NCBI GenBank assembly: GCA_963806185.1
Contig: CAWDXE010000005.1
Coordinates: forward strand, 1 to 64,000
Source of the DNA: an uncultured candidate division Zixibacteria bacterium
GTDB taxonomy: Bacteria > Zixibacteria > MSB-5A5 > GN15 > FEB-12
Length of the DNA: 64,000 bases
Reading direction: 5' to 3'
A program made the position numbers and the translations under genes. The notes under the pieces were generated by a model, which saw only the letters and a list, made by a program, of their open reading frames with translations, was not told where the DNA came from and ran no database searches. Below, in pieces: positions 29,219 to 38,635 of the stretch; the first letter of the stretch is position 1, and the number at the start of each line of letters is the position of its first letter.

Positions 29219-29484
29219 TGGACACGCCGACGTCGCCGCCCGCACTCGAGGATCACATCGCTCTGCTCGACGATCTCATCGAACTGACCTATCTCGCCAT
29301 CGTCGAAAACATCGCACAAACCGCCAAACTTGGAGATTTCCTCAAAATGATCGAACTCCGCCGCAAACTCGTCCCCGGTCAATCCGGCCACAAAGAACTG
29401 CTCGACCTGCTCAATACCATCCGCAAGGATCTCCCGACATCCACCGAAACGTCACCCGACGCCGATACCGGAGCCGCCAACTAA
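29218..29484 (+). CDS. Small helical hypothetical protein (capsid cluster)
   Basis: Translationally coupled on both sides. Confidence 0.6.
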   Translation: MDTPTSPPALEDHIALLDDLIELTYLAIVENIAQTAKLGDFLKMIELRRKLVPGQSGHKELLDLLNTIRKDLPTSTETSPDADTGAAN

Positions 29485-30090
29485 ATGCCGCTTCATAACT
29501 CGCCTCGACTCATTCGCCTGCTCGCCGTCATCGCCGTCATGCTCGTCTCGCTCGGCCGACTCGCCTCGGCCGCCGAATTCGGCTGTCATCCCACCCCAGA
29601 CCCTTCCTATTATTCTCAGCGCGCCTCAGGTGGAAAATGCGTAATGAAGTTCCGCACCGGCGCCGCGCCCGGGATCACCGATTCGATTTACGGCTACTTC
29701 CATCACAACCACAACGGCAGCGACACGATCGATTTCGTCATCTACGCCGATAGCAGCGGTTCCCCGTCTGCACTCGTCGATACCGGCACAACCTGTCGGG
29801 TCGTCAACACGACCCAGGCCTGGTACGGCGCCGCCCTCACCGGCCAGTCACTCTCTGCCAACACCGACTACTGGCTTGGCTTCCTTGTGCGCGCCGGCGG
29901 CACGAGTGTTCGTATCTACGACGATGGCACGTCGAGTGATTCCCTCAAGACGCGGTTCGATACTCCTCCGCCCGACAACCCCTTCGGCACCGGCGGTATT
30001 GCAACTGTCCTCGAGGGCAAACTGGCCATCTACGTCAAGTACACGACCACCTCTGCCCCCTTCACTTCCCGTCGCCGCCTTCAAGACTGA
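29485..30090 (+). CDS. Secreted beta-sandwich protein
   Basis: Signal peptide ..LASAA; IYADSSGSPSALV and LSANTDYWLG motifs. Confidence 0.65.
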   Translation: MPLHNSPRLIRLLAVIAVMLVSLGRLASAAEFGCHPTPDPSYYSQRASGGKCVMKFRTGAAPGITDSIYGYFHHNHNGSDTIDFVIYADSSGSPSALVDTGTTCRVVNTTQAWYGAALTGQSLSANTDYWLGFLVRAGGTSVRIYDDGTSSDSLKTRFDTPPPDNPFGTGGIATVLEGKLAIYVKYTTTSAPFTSRRRLQD

Positions 30091-30572
30091 CCTCCGCCGC
30101 GTACCGCCCGACCTCCCTTGCCTGACGTAGGGTGCAAAACTGTCACGCCCGCCTTGAGCGGGCGCCTATCTCCACCCCTTTGCATCGATTCGTCGTAACA
30201 ACTCATTGCGAGGACCCTGAGCGGAGCCGAAGGGGACGAAGCAACCTCGACTCTGCATTCGTTCACCGCGCTCTCGCTACGCTCTTCTCTTCCTCCCTCT
30301 CCCTCTGAGAGAGGGCTGGGGTGAGGGCCCGGGTGAGGGCCTGGGTGAGAGCGTGAGCTCTGTATCATCCTCATTGCGAGGACCCTGAGCGCAGCCGAAG
30401 GGGACGAAGCAACCTCAAATCTACCGGTTTGTCGTAGTAACTCATTGCGAGGAGCTACGCGACGAAGCAACCTCAAATCCGACGAAGTCAACGGCGCTAC
30501 TACCATCACGTCGCACTGAGCGAAGTCGAAGTGCGACGACACAAATACTAAACCAACTGTCACTTCCCCTCT

Positions 30573-31799
30573 ATGAAACACATACTCTTCTTCTTCCTCC
30601 TCCTCACCTCTCCCCTCACCGCTGCCATCGTCAACAACATCGGCTCCAGCGGCGAGGACACCCTCACCGTCTGGGTCAACTGCACCGACTCAATCGGCAA
30701 CCCCACCAATTGCGACTCGTTTTTCGTGCTGATCGCGAAATCGGGCACCAACTCTGCGATATTCACCGACTCTGGCACGATCGCCCTCGCCGGTCTCGAC
30801 TCGCTTGTTGTCCGTGGACGAACCTACTACTACTTCCATCGCGCCGTGGCCGATATCGACGGCCCCGGGGATCCCGGCGTCTACGCCGGCGCAATTGTCG
30901 CCAAACGAAACTCCGGCCCGCTTTACACGCCTAATCGTTTCAGTTTTCAGATAATTGGCGCTGACCTCTCCGACATGGCCGACTCGGCCGGTCTTGCCGC
31001 CCGCAAGGCTGTCGCCGCGATTGACTCGCTCAAGAAATCTCTCGACACCGTCTACGCGATTCTCGATACCCTCCAGGCGCGCGCCGGTGGTTCCTCCGGC
31101 GGTAATGATTCCACGCAGATCGCCCGCTGGGTCTGGAACGCACCCAAAAGTAATCACAACACCTCAGGCACCTTCGGCAAGTATCTCGATACCGAAATCT
31201 CCGGCCTCTCTTCTGGCGGCGGCGCCTATGCGGTGACCGTGGTCGCGCTCGATACCACCAATGATCAGGTTGTGCCCGACGTTTCCCTTACGGTGCGTAA
31301 TCAGGATCAATCAGCCCTGATCGCCACCGGCCTGACCAACACCCTCGGCCGCACCTCGTTCAATCTTGATCCCGCCACGTATGTGCTGATTGCGCGAGCT
31401 CCGGGAATCGTCTTCCCCGCTCCGAGAACCTTGATTGTCTCCGGCGCCGGCACTGATACAATTTGCGGATACGCTTTCACTCCCGGCACACCGTCCTCGC
31501 CCAACCTCTGTCGCATATACGGTTTTCTCTACTCCATCTCCGGCTCGCCTGAAGCCAATGCCTCGATCTCCGCCTGTCTGCCAAAGGGTGTCTCGCGCGC
31601 CGGCTCGCTGGTCATCTCGCCGGCGTCCGTCTCCACCCGCTCCGATGTATCCGGTTACTTTTTCCTCGATCTGATCCCCAGTGCACAACTCGCTCCCGCC
31701 GACACCCAGTACGAAATCAGTATTGCTCGTGCTGACGGTACTATTCTTCGCAAACGCTTCACTATCCCCTCAACCACGTCCTGGCAACTCACTTGGTAG
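30573..31799 (+). CDS. Secreted protein with carboxypeptidase-regulatory-like/Ig-like domains
   Basis: Signal peptide MKHILFFFLLL..A; TNTLGRTSFNLDPATY and SDVSGYFFLDLIP. Confidence 0.7.
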   Translation: MKHILFFFLLLTSPLTAAIVNNIGSSGEDTLTVWVNCTDSIGNPTNCDSFFVLIAKSGTNSAIFTDSGTIALAGLDSLVVRGRTYYYFHRAVADIDGPGDPGVYAGAIVAKRNSGPLYTPNRFSFQIIGADLSDMADSAGLAARKAVAAIDSLKKSLDTVYAILDTLQARAGGSSGGNDSTQIARWVWNAPKSNHNTSGTFGKYLDTEISGLSSGGGAYAVTVVALDTTNDQVVPDVSLTVRNQDQSALIATGLTNTLGRTSFNLDPATYVLIARAPGIVFPAPRTLIVSGAGTDTICGYAFTPGTPSSPNLCRIYGFLYSISGSPEANASISACLPKGVSRAGSLVISPASVSTRSDVSGYFFLDLIPSAQLAPADTQYEISIARADGTILRKRFTIPSTTSWQLTW

Positions 31800-31827
31800 C
31801 CGGGACACATTCATTGTAGGAGTTCAC

Positions 31828-32127
31828 ATGGATTTTCTATCATCTCAGTCGCTGCTCGGCTTGCTCGGCAGTGTCGGGCTGGCCATGGCCACCTATCTGG
31901 CCAACAAGTACGTGATCCCGTTCCTCTCAGTCGGCAAGCGGCACAAGTACGCCGAGTATATTGCGACGATCGCCGAGGATGTCATTGACGAATTGCGGGC
32001 AAAGTATCCCGAACGGGAATGGTTGAAACACTTGGACGAAGCCGTTGATCAACTGATTGACATTTGTGGCATCTCCGACGAAATCGCCCGCCGCGCCATC
32101 GCCGCTTCCGCCTCCCGCCGCACCTGA
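31828..32127 (+). CDS. Holin-like small membrane protein
   Basis: 99 aa, single N-terminal TM followed by amphipathic helices; last gene of the capsid cluster; SD AGGAG. Confidence 0.5.
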   Translation: MDFLSSQSLLGLLGSVGLAMATYLANKYVIPFLSVGKRHKYAEYIATIAEDVIDELRAKYPEREWLKHLDEAVDQLIDICGISDEIARRAIAASASRRT

Positions 32128-32137
32128 CAAACCGTTT

Positions 32138-32745
32138 GCCGTCAGGCCTCGATCCTGCTGTGCCGTCAGGCCCCGTATTGCTGTGCCGTCAGGCCCTCGT
32201 GCCTGACGGTGTAGGTTGCGTCAGGTCCTGCGCCGCGTCCTCGCGGCGTGTGACCTGACGCTCATGGCTCAACCTCGTCATCCTGAACCTTTTCCCAAAG
32301 GTTCAGGACCTCGGTGTCCACTCCACTTGCGCGTGACTCATTGCGACGACCCTGAGCGGAACCGAAGGGGACGAAGCAACCTCAACTCTCTCGTTCCTCA
32401 CTGACCGCCCCTACTCGCACGAATCCCTCGTCACAATCATTTGCGAGGCCCGACCCCTGCAAGTGTCATTGCGAGGCCCGCTTCGGGCCGTGGCAATCTT
32501 TCAGTTCTTTTCTGTGGGCTGAGACGCTTGTGGTTTCGACCTACCACGACAAATTGCGATATCGACACCTCGTCGCACTGAGCCCGTCGGCGTAGTTCAT
32601 CCTGAGCGAAGCCGAAGGGCTCAGGATAAACTCCGTCGAAGTGCGACGATCACACACTTTTCGCCGCCTCGAGCGCAGACGAGAGGCGTTGTTCTCCCGT
32701 TGCGTCAGGTCCTGCGCCGCGCTTCGCGGCGTGTGACCTGACGCT
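32138..32745. repeat. REP mosaic
   Basis: Multiple palindrome families seen elsewhere in the window. Confidence 0.8.
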
Positions 32746-32800
32746 CTCCTTCCCCCCTCTTTTTCCTATCCCATCCCCCCGCTCATGGGTATACTATCGT

Positions 32801-33904
32801 ATGGAAATGCCCATGTCCGACCGCCACGCTCAGCAGATGAGCGCTCTCGTCGCCGATATGTTCGAGGTCGAGGCGATCTGGCGCCACGCCGATCGCTATA
32901 TCCTGAGCCTTGCTTACCGGTATCAGCCGACCGCCTCCCGAAAAATGCTGGAAGACCGTCTTCGCATCGCCGGCTACCACTTCGACCTGCGCGACGCCGA
33001 GGGTCATCTTGTTCTCGACATCGATCCCAACCCGCGCCTCAAAATCCCCCCGCTCAACATTCTGCTCTTTGTGGCCACCCTCATCTCCGTCTATTTCGTG
33101 CCCGTCTTTCTTAAAAACTTCGCCCTCGTCGAACACGTCACCGAGGCCTTCCAGCGCACCCTGCTCGATCTCCGCCACGGCGCCGGTATTGAATTCACCG
33201 TCGCTATCATCTCCATCCTTCTTGTGCACGAGATGGGCCATTACGTCGCCAGCCGCCGCCGGGGTATTGTTACGTCCTGGCCCTATTTTATTCCGGCCCC
33301 AAACATCATTGGCACCTTCGGCGCCATCATCAAATCGCGCTCCCCTTTCTGGAACCGTCGCGATCTCATCGAGGTCGGAGCGGCCGGTCCGATCGCCGGC
33401 TGGATCGTCGCCATCGGCTGGCTGCTCTGGGGCCTCTCGCGCTCGTCGATTCTGCCCGCCTCCGCGTTTGGCCCCGCTGATCTGGCCTTTTCGCTTGACG
33501 GCGAATCACTGCTGGTCCGCGCACTCACGCCGCTGCTTATCGGTAACGTGACGCCGGGCTATCTCTATCAATTCACCGAGGCTGCCTTTGCCGGCTGGGT
33601 AGGACTCCTCATCACCGCCATAAACTTGCTGCCAATCGGTCAGCTCGATGGCGGTCATATCCTGTACGGCATAGGGCGCCGCGTACAGAAACCGCTCGGC
33701 TGGGTGGCCATTGCCGTCCTCGCCGTGCTTGGATTACAGTCTGCTATGTGGTGGGTATTTGCCGCGTTTGGTTTGATTTTCGGCGTGGCGCATCCGCCGA
33801 CTCTCGACGATTCTCGCGAACTGGCGCCTCATGCACGGCTGATGGGAATCATCGCCGTGATCATTTTCATTCTCTCGTTTACACCCGTGCCTTTTCGGAA
33901 TTGA
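32801..33904 (+). CDS. Site-2 protease (M50)
   Basis: HEMGH, AAGPIAG, NLLPIGQLDGGH. Confidence 0.93.
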   Translation: MEMPMSDRHAQQMSALVADMFEVEAIWRHADRYILSLAYRYQPTASRKMLEDRLRIAGYHFDLRDAEGHLVLDIDPNPRLKIPPLNILLFVATLISVYFVPVFLKNFALVEHVTEAFQRTLLDLRHGAGIEFTVAIISILLVHEMGHYVASRRRGIVTSWPYFIPAPNIIGTFGAIIKSRSPFWNRRDLIEVGAAGPIAGWIVAIGWLLWGLSRSSILPASAFGPADLAFSLDGESLLVRALTPLLIGNVTPGYLYQFTEAAFAGWVGLLITAINLLPIGQLDGGHILYGIGRRVQKPLGWVAIAVLAVLGLQSAMWWVFAAFGLIFGVAHPPTLDDSRELAPHARLMGIIAVIIFILSFTPVPFRN

Positions 33905-35399
33905 CCGCCGTCGACTCAACCAGGAAATCGAGATTCTCTTCCCGCCCGTAGATCCGCTTGAAATCGATCTTCCGCTTCATCAACAGCCCGATAAACAGAT
34001 CGACCAGTTCCGGGTCAAACTGCGTCCCCCGATTCCGCAGCAACTCATCGACTGCCACCTCGATTGGCGCCCCGGTCCGATACGGTCGATCCGATATGAT
34101 CGCGTCAAACGTATCGACTACCGCCAGCAGCCGCCCTTCGATCGGAATCTCCTCTCCCTTCAATCCTTTCGGATAGCCGGCGCCGTCATACCGCTCGTGG
34201 TGCGCGATAATGTACGGCACGGAGGGTCGGAACAAGTCGATATTGCCGATGATCTTCAGACCGTCAAACGGATGGCGTATCATCCGCTCCCGTTCTTCGG
34301 GCGTTAGCGGCCCCTGCTTGTTCAGAATCGAATCCGGCACGCCGATTTTGCCGATATCATGTAGCGTGCATCCCATGACCAGGTTGTACAACCGATCACC
34401 GTCCCACCCCAGTTCGCGCGCCATGAGCTCCGCGAGGATAATGACCCGGTCGGTATGACCGGCCGTATACTGATCGCGCGCTTCAATGGCGTTGGCCATA
34501 GCGCGGATAGCCTGCAAGTAAGACTTCTTCAGATCGTCGTACAATTTCTGATGGGTTATGGCCGACCCGGCCGAATTCGCCAATATGGTCAGAGCGTCAA
34601 GCTGCCCCGGCGTAATCTGGTCGAAGCGGGATACCACCACCAGCCGGATCATGCCGTGAAGCTCCGCACCGATAAAAATCGGCTGCGTGATGATCATCCG
34701 ACACATCGGCTGACTGTTGATGGTCGACTGGTCCGACACGATCAGCGGCACCTCGGTCGCAACCGTGCGCAACGCCTCCAGCGGACCCTCATCCATCAAT
34801 ACATCCATGTGTTGCGCATCATCGGTGTTGTACAACCGCCGCATAACCAGGCCGTCCGCCGGGTCGAGTTGCATGATTGAGGCGCCCACCGCCGACAACT
34901 CTGTCCGGCACGACCGCAGCACCTGGACCAGGTAATTCTCCAGGTCCGATGCCGCACTCCCGGAATTCGCGACCCGAAGGAACTGCACCTGCCCCTTCAA
35001 CGTCAGGTTCTCTCGTACCACCTTTTGGTGCGCCAGCCCGCGCTTGATCGTCGCTTTCAGCAATTCCAACTTGAACGGCTTGACCAGAAAATCGTACGCC
35101 CCCCGCTTGAGCACCGATATTGCCACCTGTACCGTCGGGTGAGCCGTCATCAATATGACGATCGCGTCGTGATGGTTCGTCAGCGTCGTATCAAGTATCT
35201 GTACACCGGAATACTCGCCCATCACCAGATCGGTCAGCACCAGATCGACCTTGTTGGATTGGATATAATTGAGCGCCTCGCCCGGCTCGCAGAATGTCGC
35301 CACCGCGTAGTCTTCATTGACCAGCGCTTCGTCGATAATCTGCCCGATATATTTCTCGTCGTCTACGATAACAATTCGTGCCGATTGACCCACGAACAT
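33879..35399 (-). CDS. Response regulator with GAF-like and HD-GYP phosphodiesterase domains
   Basis: REC (VDDE, TDLVM, KPF), YTAGHTDRV, LHDIGK, HHERYDGAGYP. Confidence 0.93.
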   Translation of the reverse strand: MFVGQSARIVIVDDEKYIGQIIDEALVNEDYAVATFCEPGEALNYIQSNKVDLVLTDLVMGEYSGVQILDTTLTNHHDAIVILMTAHPTVQVAISVLKRGAYDFLVKPFKLELLKATIKRGLAHQKVVRENLTLKGQVQFLRVANSGSAASDLENYLVQVLRSCRTELSAVGASIMQLDPADGLVMRRLYNTDDAQHMDVLMDEGPLEALRTVATEVPLIVSDQSTINSQPMCRMIITQPIFIGAELHGMIRLVVVSRFDQITPGQLDALTILANSAGSAITHQKLYDDLKKSYLQAIRAMANAIEARDQYTAGHTDRVIILAELMARELGWDGDRLYNLVMGCTLHDIGKIGVPDSILNKQGPLTPEERERMIRHPFDGLKIIGNIDLFRPSVPYIIAHHERYDGAGYPKGLKGEEIPIEGRLLAVVDTFDAIISDRPYRTGAPIEVAVDELLRNRGTQFDPELVDLFIGLLMKRKIDFKRIYGREENLDFLVESTAVNSEKARV

Positions 35400-35663
35400 G
35401 TTTTCTCCTTCACGAGGACTCTTATCGTTCATCGGAAATTTTGATCCCTTCCCCAGCCGTCGCTTTCGATCTGTCCAATTTTTGCGCGCTCTCGTTTCGT
35501 GACTATCGGCGAAGCTCAATCACTGGCTTGAAGACATTGGTGAGGTATCTGCCCGAGCGCCAGTCTCCTCTATGAACGACACTTTGCCGGGATAATATTC
35601 GATCGCAGTACGGATTAACTCCGGGCCGGCCCAAAGTTGTGCAGTAACTGACCTCTCCCCCCA

Positions 35664-35880
35664 CCCGTCATCGCGAGACCCGTCTTCTCTCCTTGTCATC
35701 CTGAACCTTTTCTTAAAGGTTCAGGATCTCGATGTCCACCGAATCTACATACCCGTCATCGCGAGGCCCGTCTTCTCTCCTTGTCATCCTGGACCTTTTC
35801 TTAAAGGTTCAGGATCTCGATGTCCACCGAATCTACATACCCGTCATCGCGAGGCCCGTCTTCGGGCCGTGGCGATCTTT
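35664..35880 (+). repeat. 88-bp tandem duplication of a REP module
   Basis: GTCATCGCGAG starts at 35667, 35755 and 35843. Confidence 0.85.
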
Positions 35881-36221
35881 CAGTTCTCTTTTTCCCCCCC
35901 TCGTCATTCTGAATCCTGATGGTTCAAGCGCTAGCTTGAATTATCAGGGTTCAGAATCTCGTCCACCACCAACCTCCCCTCCACATTGTCATTCTGGCCC
36001 CCAATGATTCAAGCACAGCTCGAGTCATTAGGGGCCAGAATCCATGGGACCGTTCCTCTTGAGTTCCGCCTGACTAACGCTTCCGCCGTCCACGCGTCAG
36101 GGCGATTCTCCCGCTCTCTGCCTCTATCCCTGCCAAAAATCTGCACACCCCCCGGTCAAGGAACCGCCGAAAGTTTCGATAATACATAGTACTACAAACC
36201 GATAGGGTAAGGAGTTCGCTC

Positions 36222-38402
36222 ATGTCATCGCGGGGCCGTTATTCGCTGCTGAAACTCTTGATACTTGGACTATTAGGCTGTCTCCTCCTCGCCTCCGGCG
36301 TCTCCGCCAGAGAAAAGGGTACCGCCCGACTCGAACGAATCGGCGACTATCCGACAACCGATATCCGCCTCCGACCTACCCTCGCCGCGGCTGAAACCTG
36401 CTCGGTCTCCCAAAACCAGGAGTTGGTCTATCGCATCGATAGCTGGGTCGTTGGCTATGAACTCTACAAATCCCTGATGAACCCCGCCCTGAGTTGCACC
36501 CAGCCGTATCCGTACACGATTACCGAAGTCAACATGCCGATGGCCTTCGACGCTACGTGCACTTTCACCGTCTCGGTCGATGTCGAAGCTGTCGACAACA
36601 CCACCTATCCCGGCTGTCCCGTGCCCGGTGTGCTCCTGGGCATTTCCACCGACTACACCCTCACGATTCCGGCCGGCGGCGGTCTGTATAACCTCTGGAT
36701 TCCTCTCGACTCACCCGTCGTCGTCAACGGTCCGTTTTTTGCCGGCTTCTACCTCGGCAGCGAAATCGACGCCGCAGTTGGCGCTGCCGTACTGGTCGAC
36801 ACTTTCCCCGTGCCCTGTGCCACCTACAATATCTGGGACACCACTATCGGCTACATCGACCTCACCGACAATTCGTACTACAACTTCCCCGGTCGCCTGG
36901 CTATGGAAGTCACCGGCACCTCCGGCGGTGGCGGCGGCGGCACTACGCAACCCGCTCCGCAGATTTCGCTCGTCTCACCGACTGCCGGCCAAACACTCAT
37001 GGGCAGCGTCGATCTCTGGGCCGCGGAAATCTCCGGCTCCACCATCATCGACTACGTCTCGTTCTCTTACGTCAAGGGCGCCGGCTCCTATGTTGAAATC
37101 GGACGTGACTACGATGGCACCGCTCCGCTTCGCAATGGTTCCTCTTTGGCCGAGTCCGGTAACGGCTACTCACTCGCCTGGAATTTCGGCGCCCTGACTG
37201 AAGGTACATACACGATCAAGGCTACCGTCGTCGATACGCTCGGACGCTCAGCCACTGCCCAGGCCACCGTTTACCTGGAACCGACTCCGCCGCTGCCGAC
37301 CATCACCAGTCCGCATAACGGCGCCGACTTTTGCACGCCGATTTCCTTCCTGATGACCTGCCCCGATGAAAACATGTCCTACATCGACGTCTACCGCAAA
37401 CCGGCTCAACTCGTCTATTCCGCCGGCATGGCGATGTACTACGAACACAGTTCCGGTGACAAAAACGGCGTCCCCAGTGACGGCAATTGGGCCTCCAACG
37501 GCGAATACGGCGATTATTACTGCGGTCCCGTCGCTGCCGCTATCAGCGCCAAATACTGGTCCGACAAAGGATTCCCCAATATCATGAAACTGAACGGCGC
37601 CGCTGCCGCCATCGGTGCGGTCACCGAAAGTCTCGCCGTTGCCCTGAATACTCGTGCCAGATCCGGCACTACCGATGAAGCCATGGTCTCCGGCCTCCGC
37701 ACCTATGTCGCCGCGCACGGCAACGACCTCACCGTCGACTTCCTCAGAAAACCCGACTACTTCACCCTGCGCGCCTGGGCCGAAGATGAACAACGCGCGG
37801 TTATGGTCGGCCTCGGCGGCACCCCCGGCGTCTGGGCCACCGTTGATGGTTTCGACGGATGGAAACAGGGCGATGGCTCGTACACCGTCATGGTCTCCAA
37901 TCCAATCACGGGCACCATCCAGGGTATGCCCATGCGCGACCTCGTCGGTCAAAGCGAGATGTTCTACGACGGCGACTGGCACTCCGTGGACATCATCGTC
38001 TCCCTGGCGGCCAAGACCTTCACGGTCACGCGAACGCTCACCGGATACGATTCCAACGGCAACGATGGCTGGTCATTCTCGTGGACACCGACCGGCTTCA
38101 CCGAGGATAACCCCTACTTCTTCCGTTTCACCGGCCGCGACGCAACGACCTATAAGGCCTCCACCACATTCCTGGGTTTGTACAATTGCTCACAGGTGTA
38201 TGCCGAGGGCGACTACAACGCCGATGCTGCGGCGGATGTCCTCGATCTCATCTATCTGATCGACTTCATTTCCAAGGGCGGCCCCGCCCCGGCCGGCGGC
38301 GTGCAGCGAGCCGACGCCAACTGCGACAACACCGTCAACGTCGCTGACATTGTTTTCTACATGAATTTCCTGTTTGGAGCGGCCGGCTCCCCCTGCCACT
38401 GA
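36222..38402 (+). CDS. Secreted multidomain protein: Ig-like domains, C39-peptidase-like domain, C-terminal dockerin-like domain
   Basis: Signal peptide; YCGPVAAA; GDYNAD..DVLDLIYLI and ADANCDNTVNVADIVF repeats. Confidence 0.8.
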   Translation: MSSRGRYSLLKLLILGLLGCLLLASGVSAREKGTARLERIGDYPTTDIRLRPTLAAAETCSVSQNQELVYRIDSWVVGYELYKSLMNPALSCTQPYPYTITEVNMPMAFDATCTFTVSVDVEAVDNTTYPGCPVPGVLLGISTDYTLTIPAGGGLYNLWIPLDSPVVVNGPFFAGFYLGSEIDAAVGAAVLVDTFPVPCATYNIWDTTIGYIDLTDNSYYNFPGRLAMEVTGTSGGGGGGTTQPAPQISLVSPTAGQTLMGSVDLWAAEISGSTIIDYVSFSYVKGAGSYVEIGRDYDGTAPLRNGSSLAESGNGYSLAWNFGALTEGTYTIKATVVDTLGRSATAQATVYLEPTPPLPTITSPHNGADFCTPISFLMTCPDENMSYIDVYRKPAQLVYSAGMAMYYEHSSGDKNGVPSDGNWASNGEYGDYYCGPVAAAISAKYWSDKGFPNIMKLNGAAAAIGAVTESLAVALNTRARSGTTDEAMVSGLRTYVAAHGNDLTVDFLRKPDYFTLRAWAEDEQRAVMVGLGGTPGVWATVDGFDGWKQGDGSYTVMVSNPITGTIQGMPMRDLVGQSEMFYDGDWHSVDIIVSLAAKTFTVTRTLTGYDSNGNDGWSFSWTPTGFTEDNPYFFRFTGRDATTYKASTTFLGLYNCSQVYAEGDYNADAAADVLDLIYLIDFISKGGPAPAGGVQRADANCDNTVNVADIVFYMNFLFGAAGSPCH

Positions 38403-38560
38403 TCACTCTGTGAATTCGACGCTCATCTCTTCCCCCCTCTCCCTCTGGGAGAGGGCTGGGGTGAGTGCCGCTGGAACGCGAGAACAATCCATTTCATCAT
38501 GTACGTTGTCGAAATCGTCGCACTGAGCGAAGTCGAAGTGCGACGTCTCACCTGACCCAA

Positions 38561-38593
38561 AAAAAAGAAGCGAGGGCTTGCACCCTCGCTTCT
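38561..38593 (-). terminator. Intrinsic terminator
   Basis: AGAAGCGAGGG..CCCTCGCTTCT stem with a T-tract on the minus strand. Confidence 0.75.
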
Positions 38594-38635
38594 GAATCGA
38601 AGACCGAAGTCTACGACCCAAGAAACCCTACATCA

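Noticed and set aside
21553..32127. Complete inducible prophage, or a classical encapsulin locus
   Set aside because: No integrase, terminase, portal, tail, lysin or att sites recognised; protease, decoration and connector-like genes are not features of classical encapsulin operons
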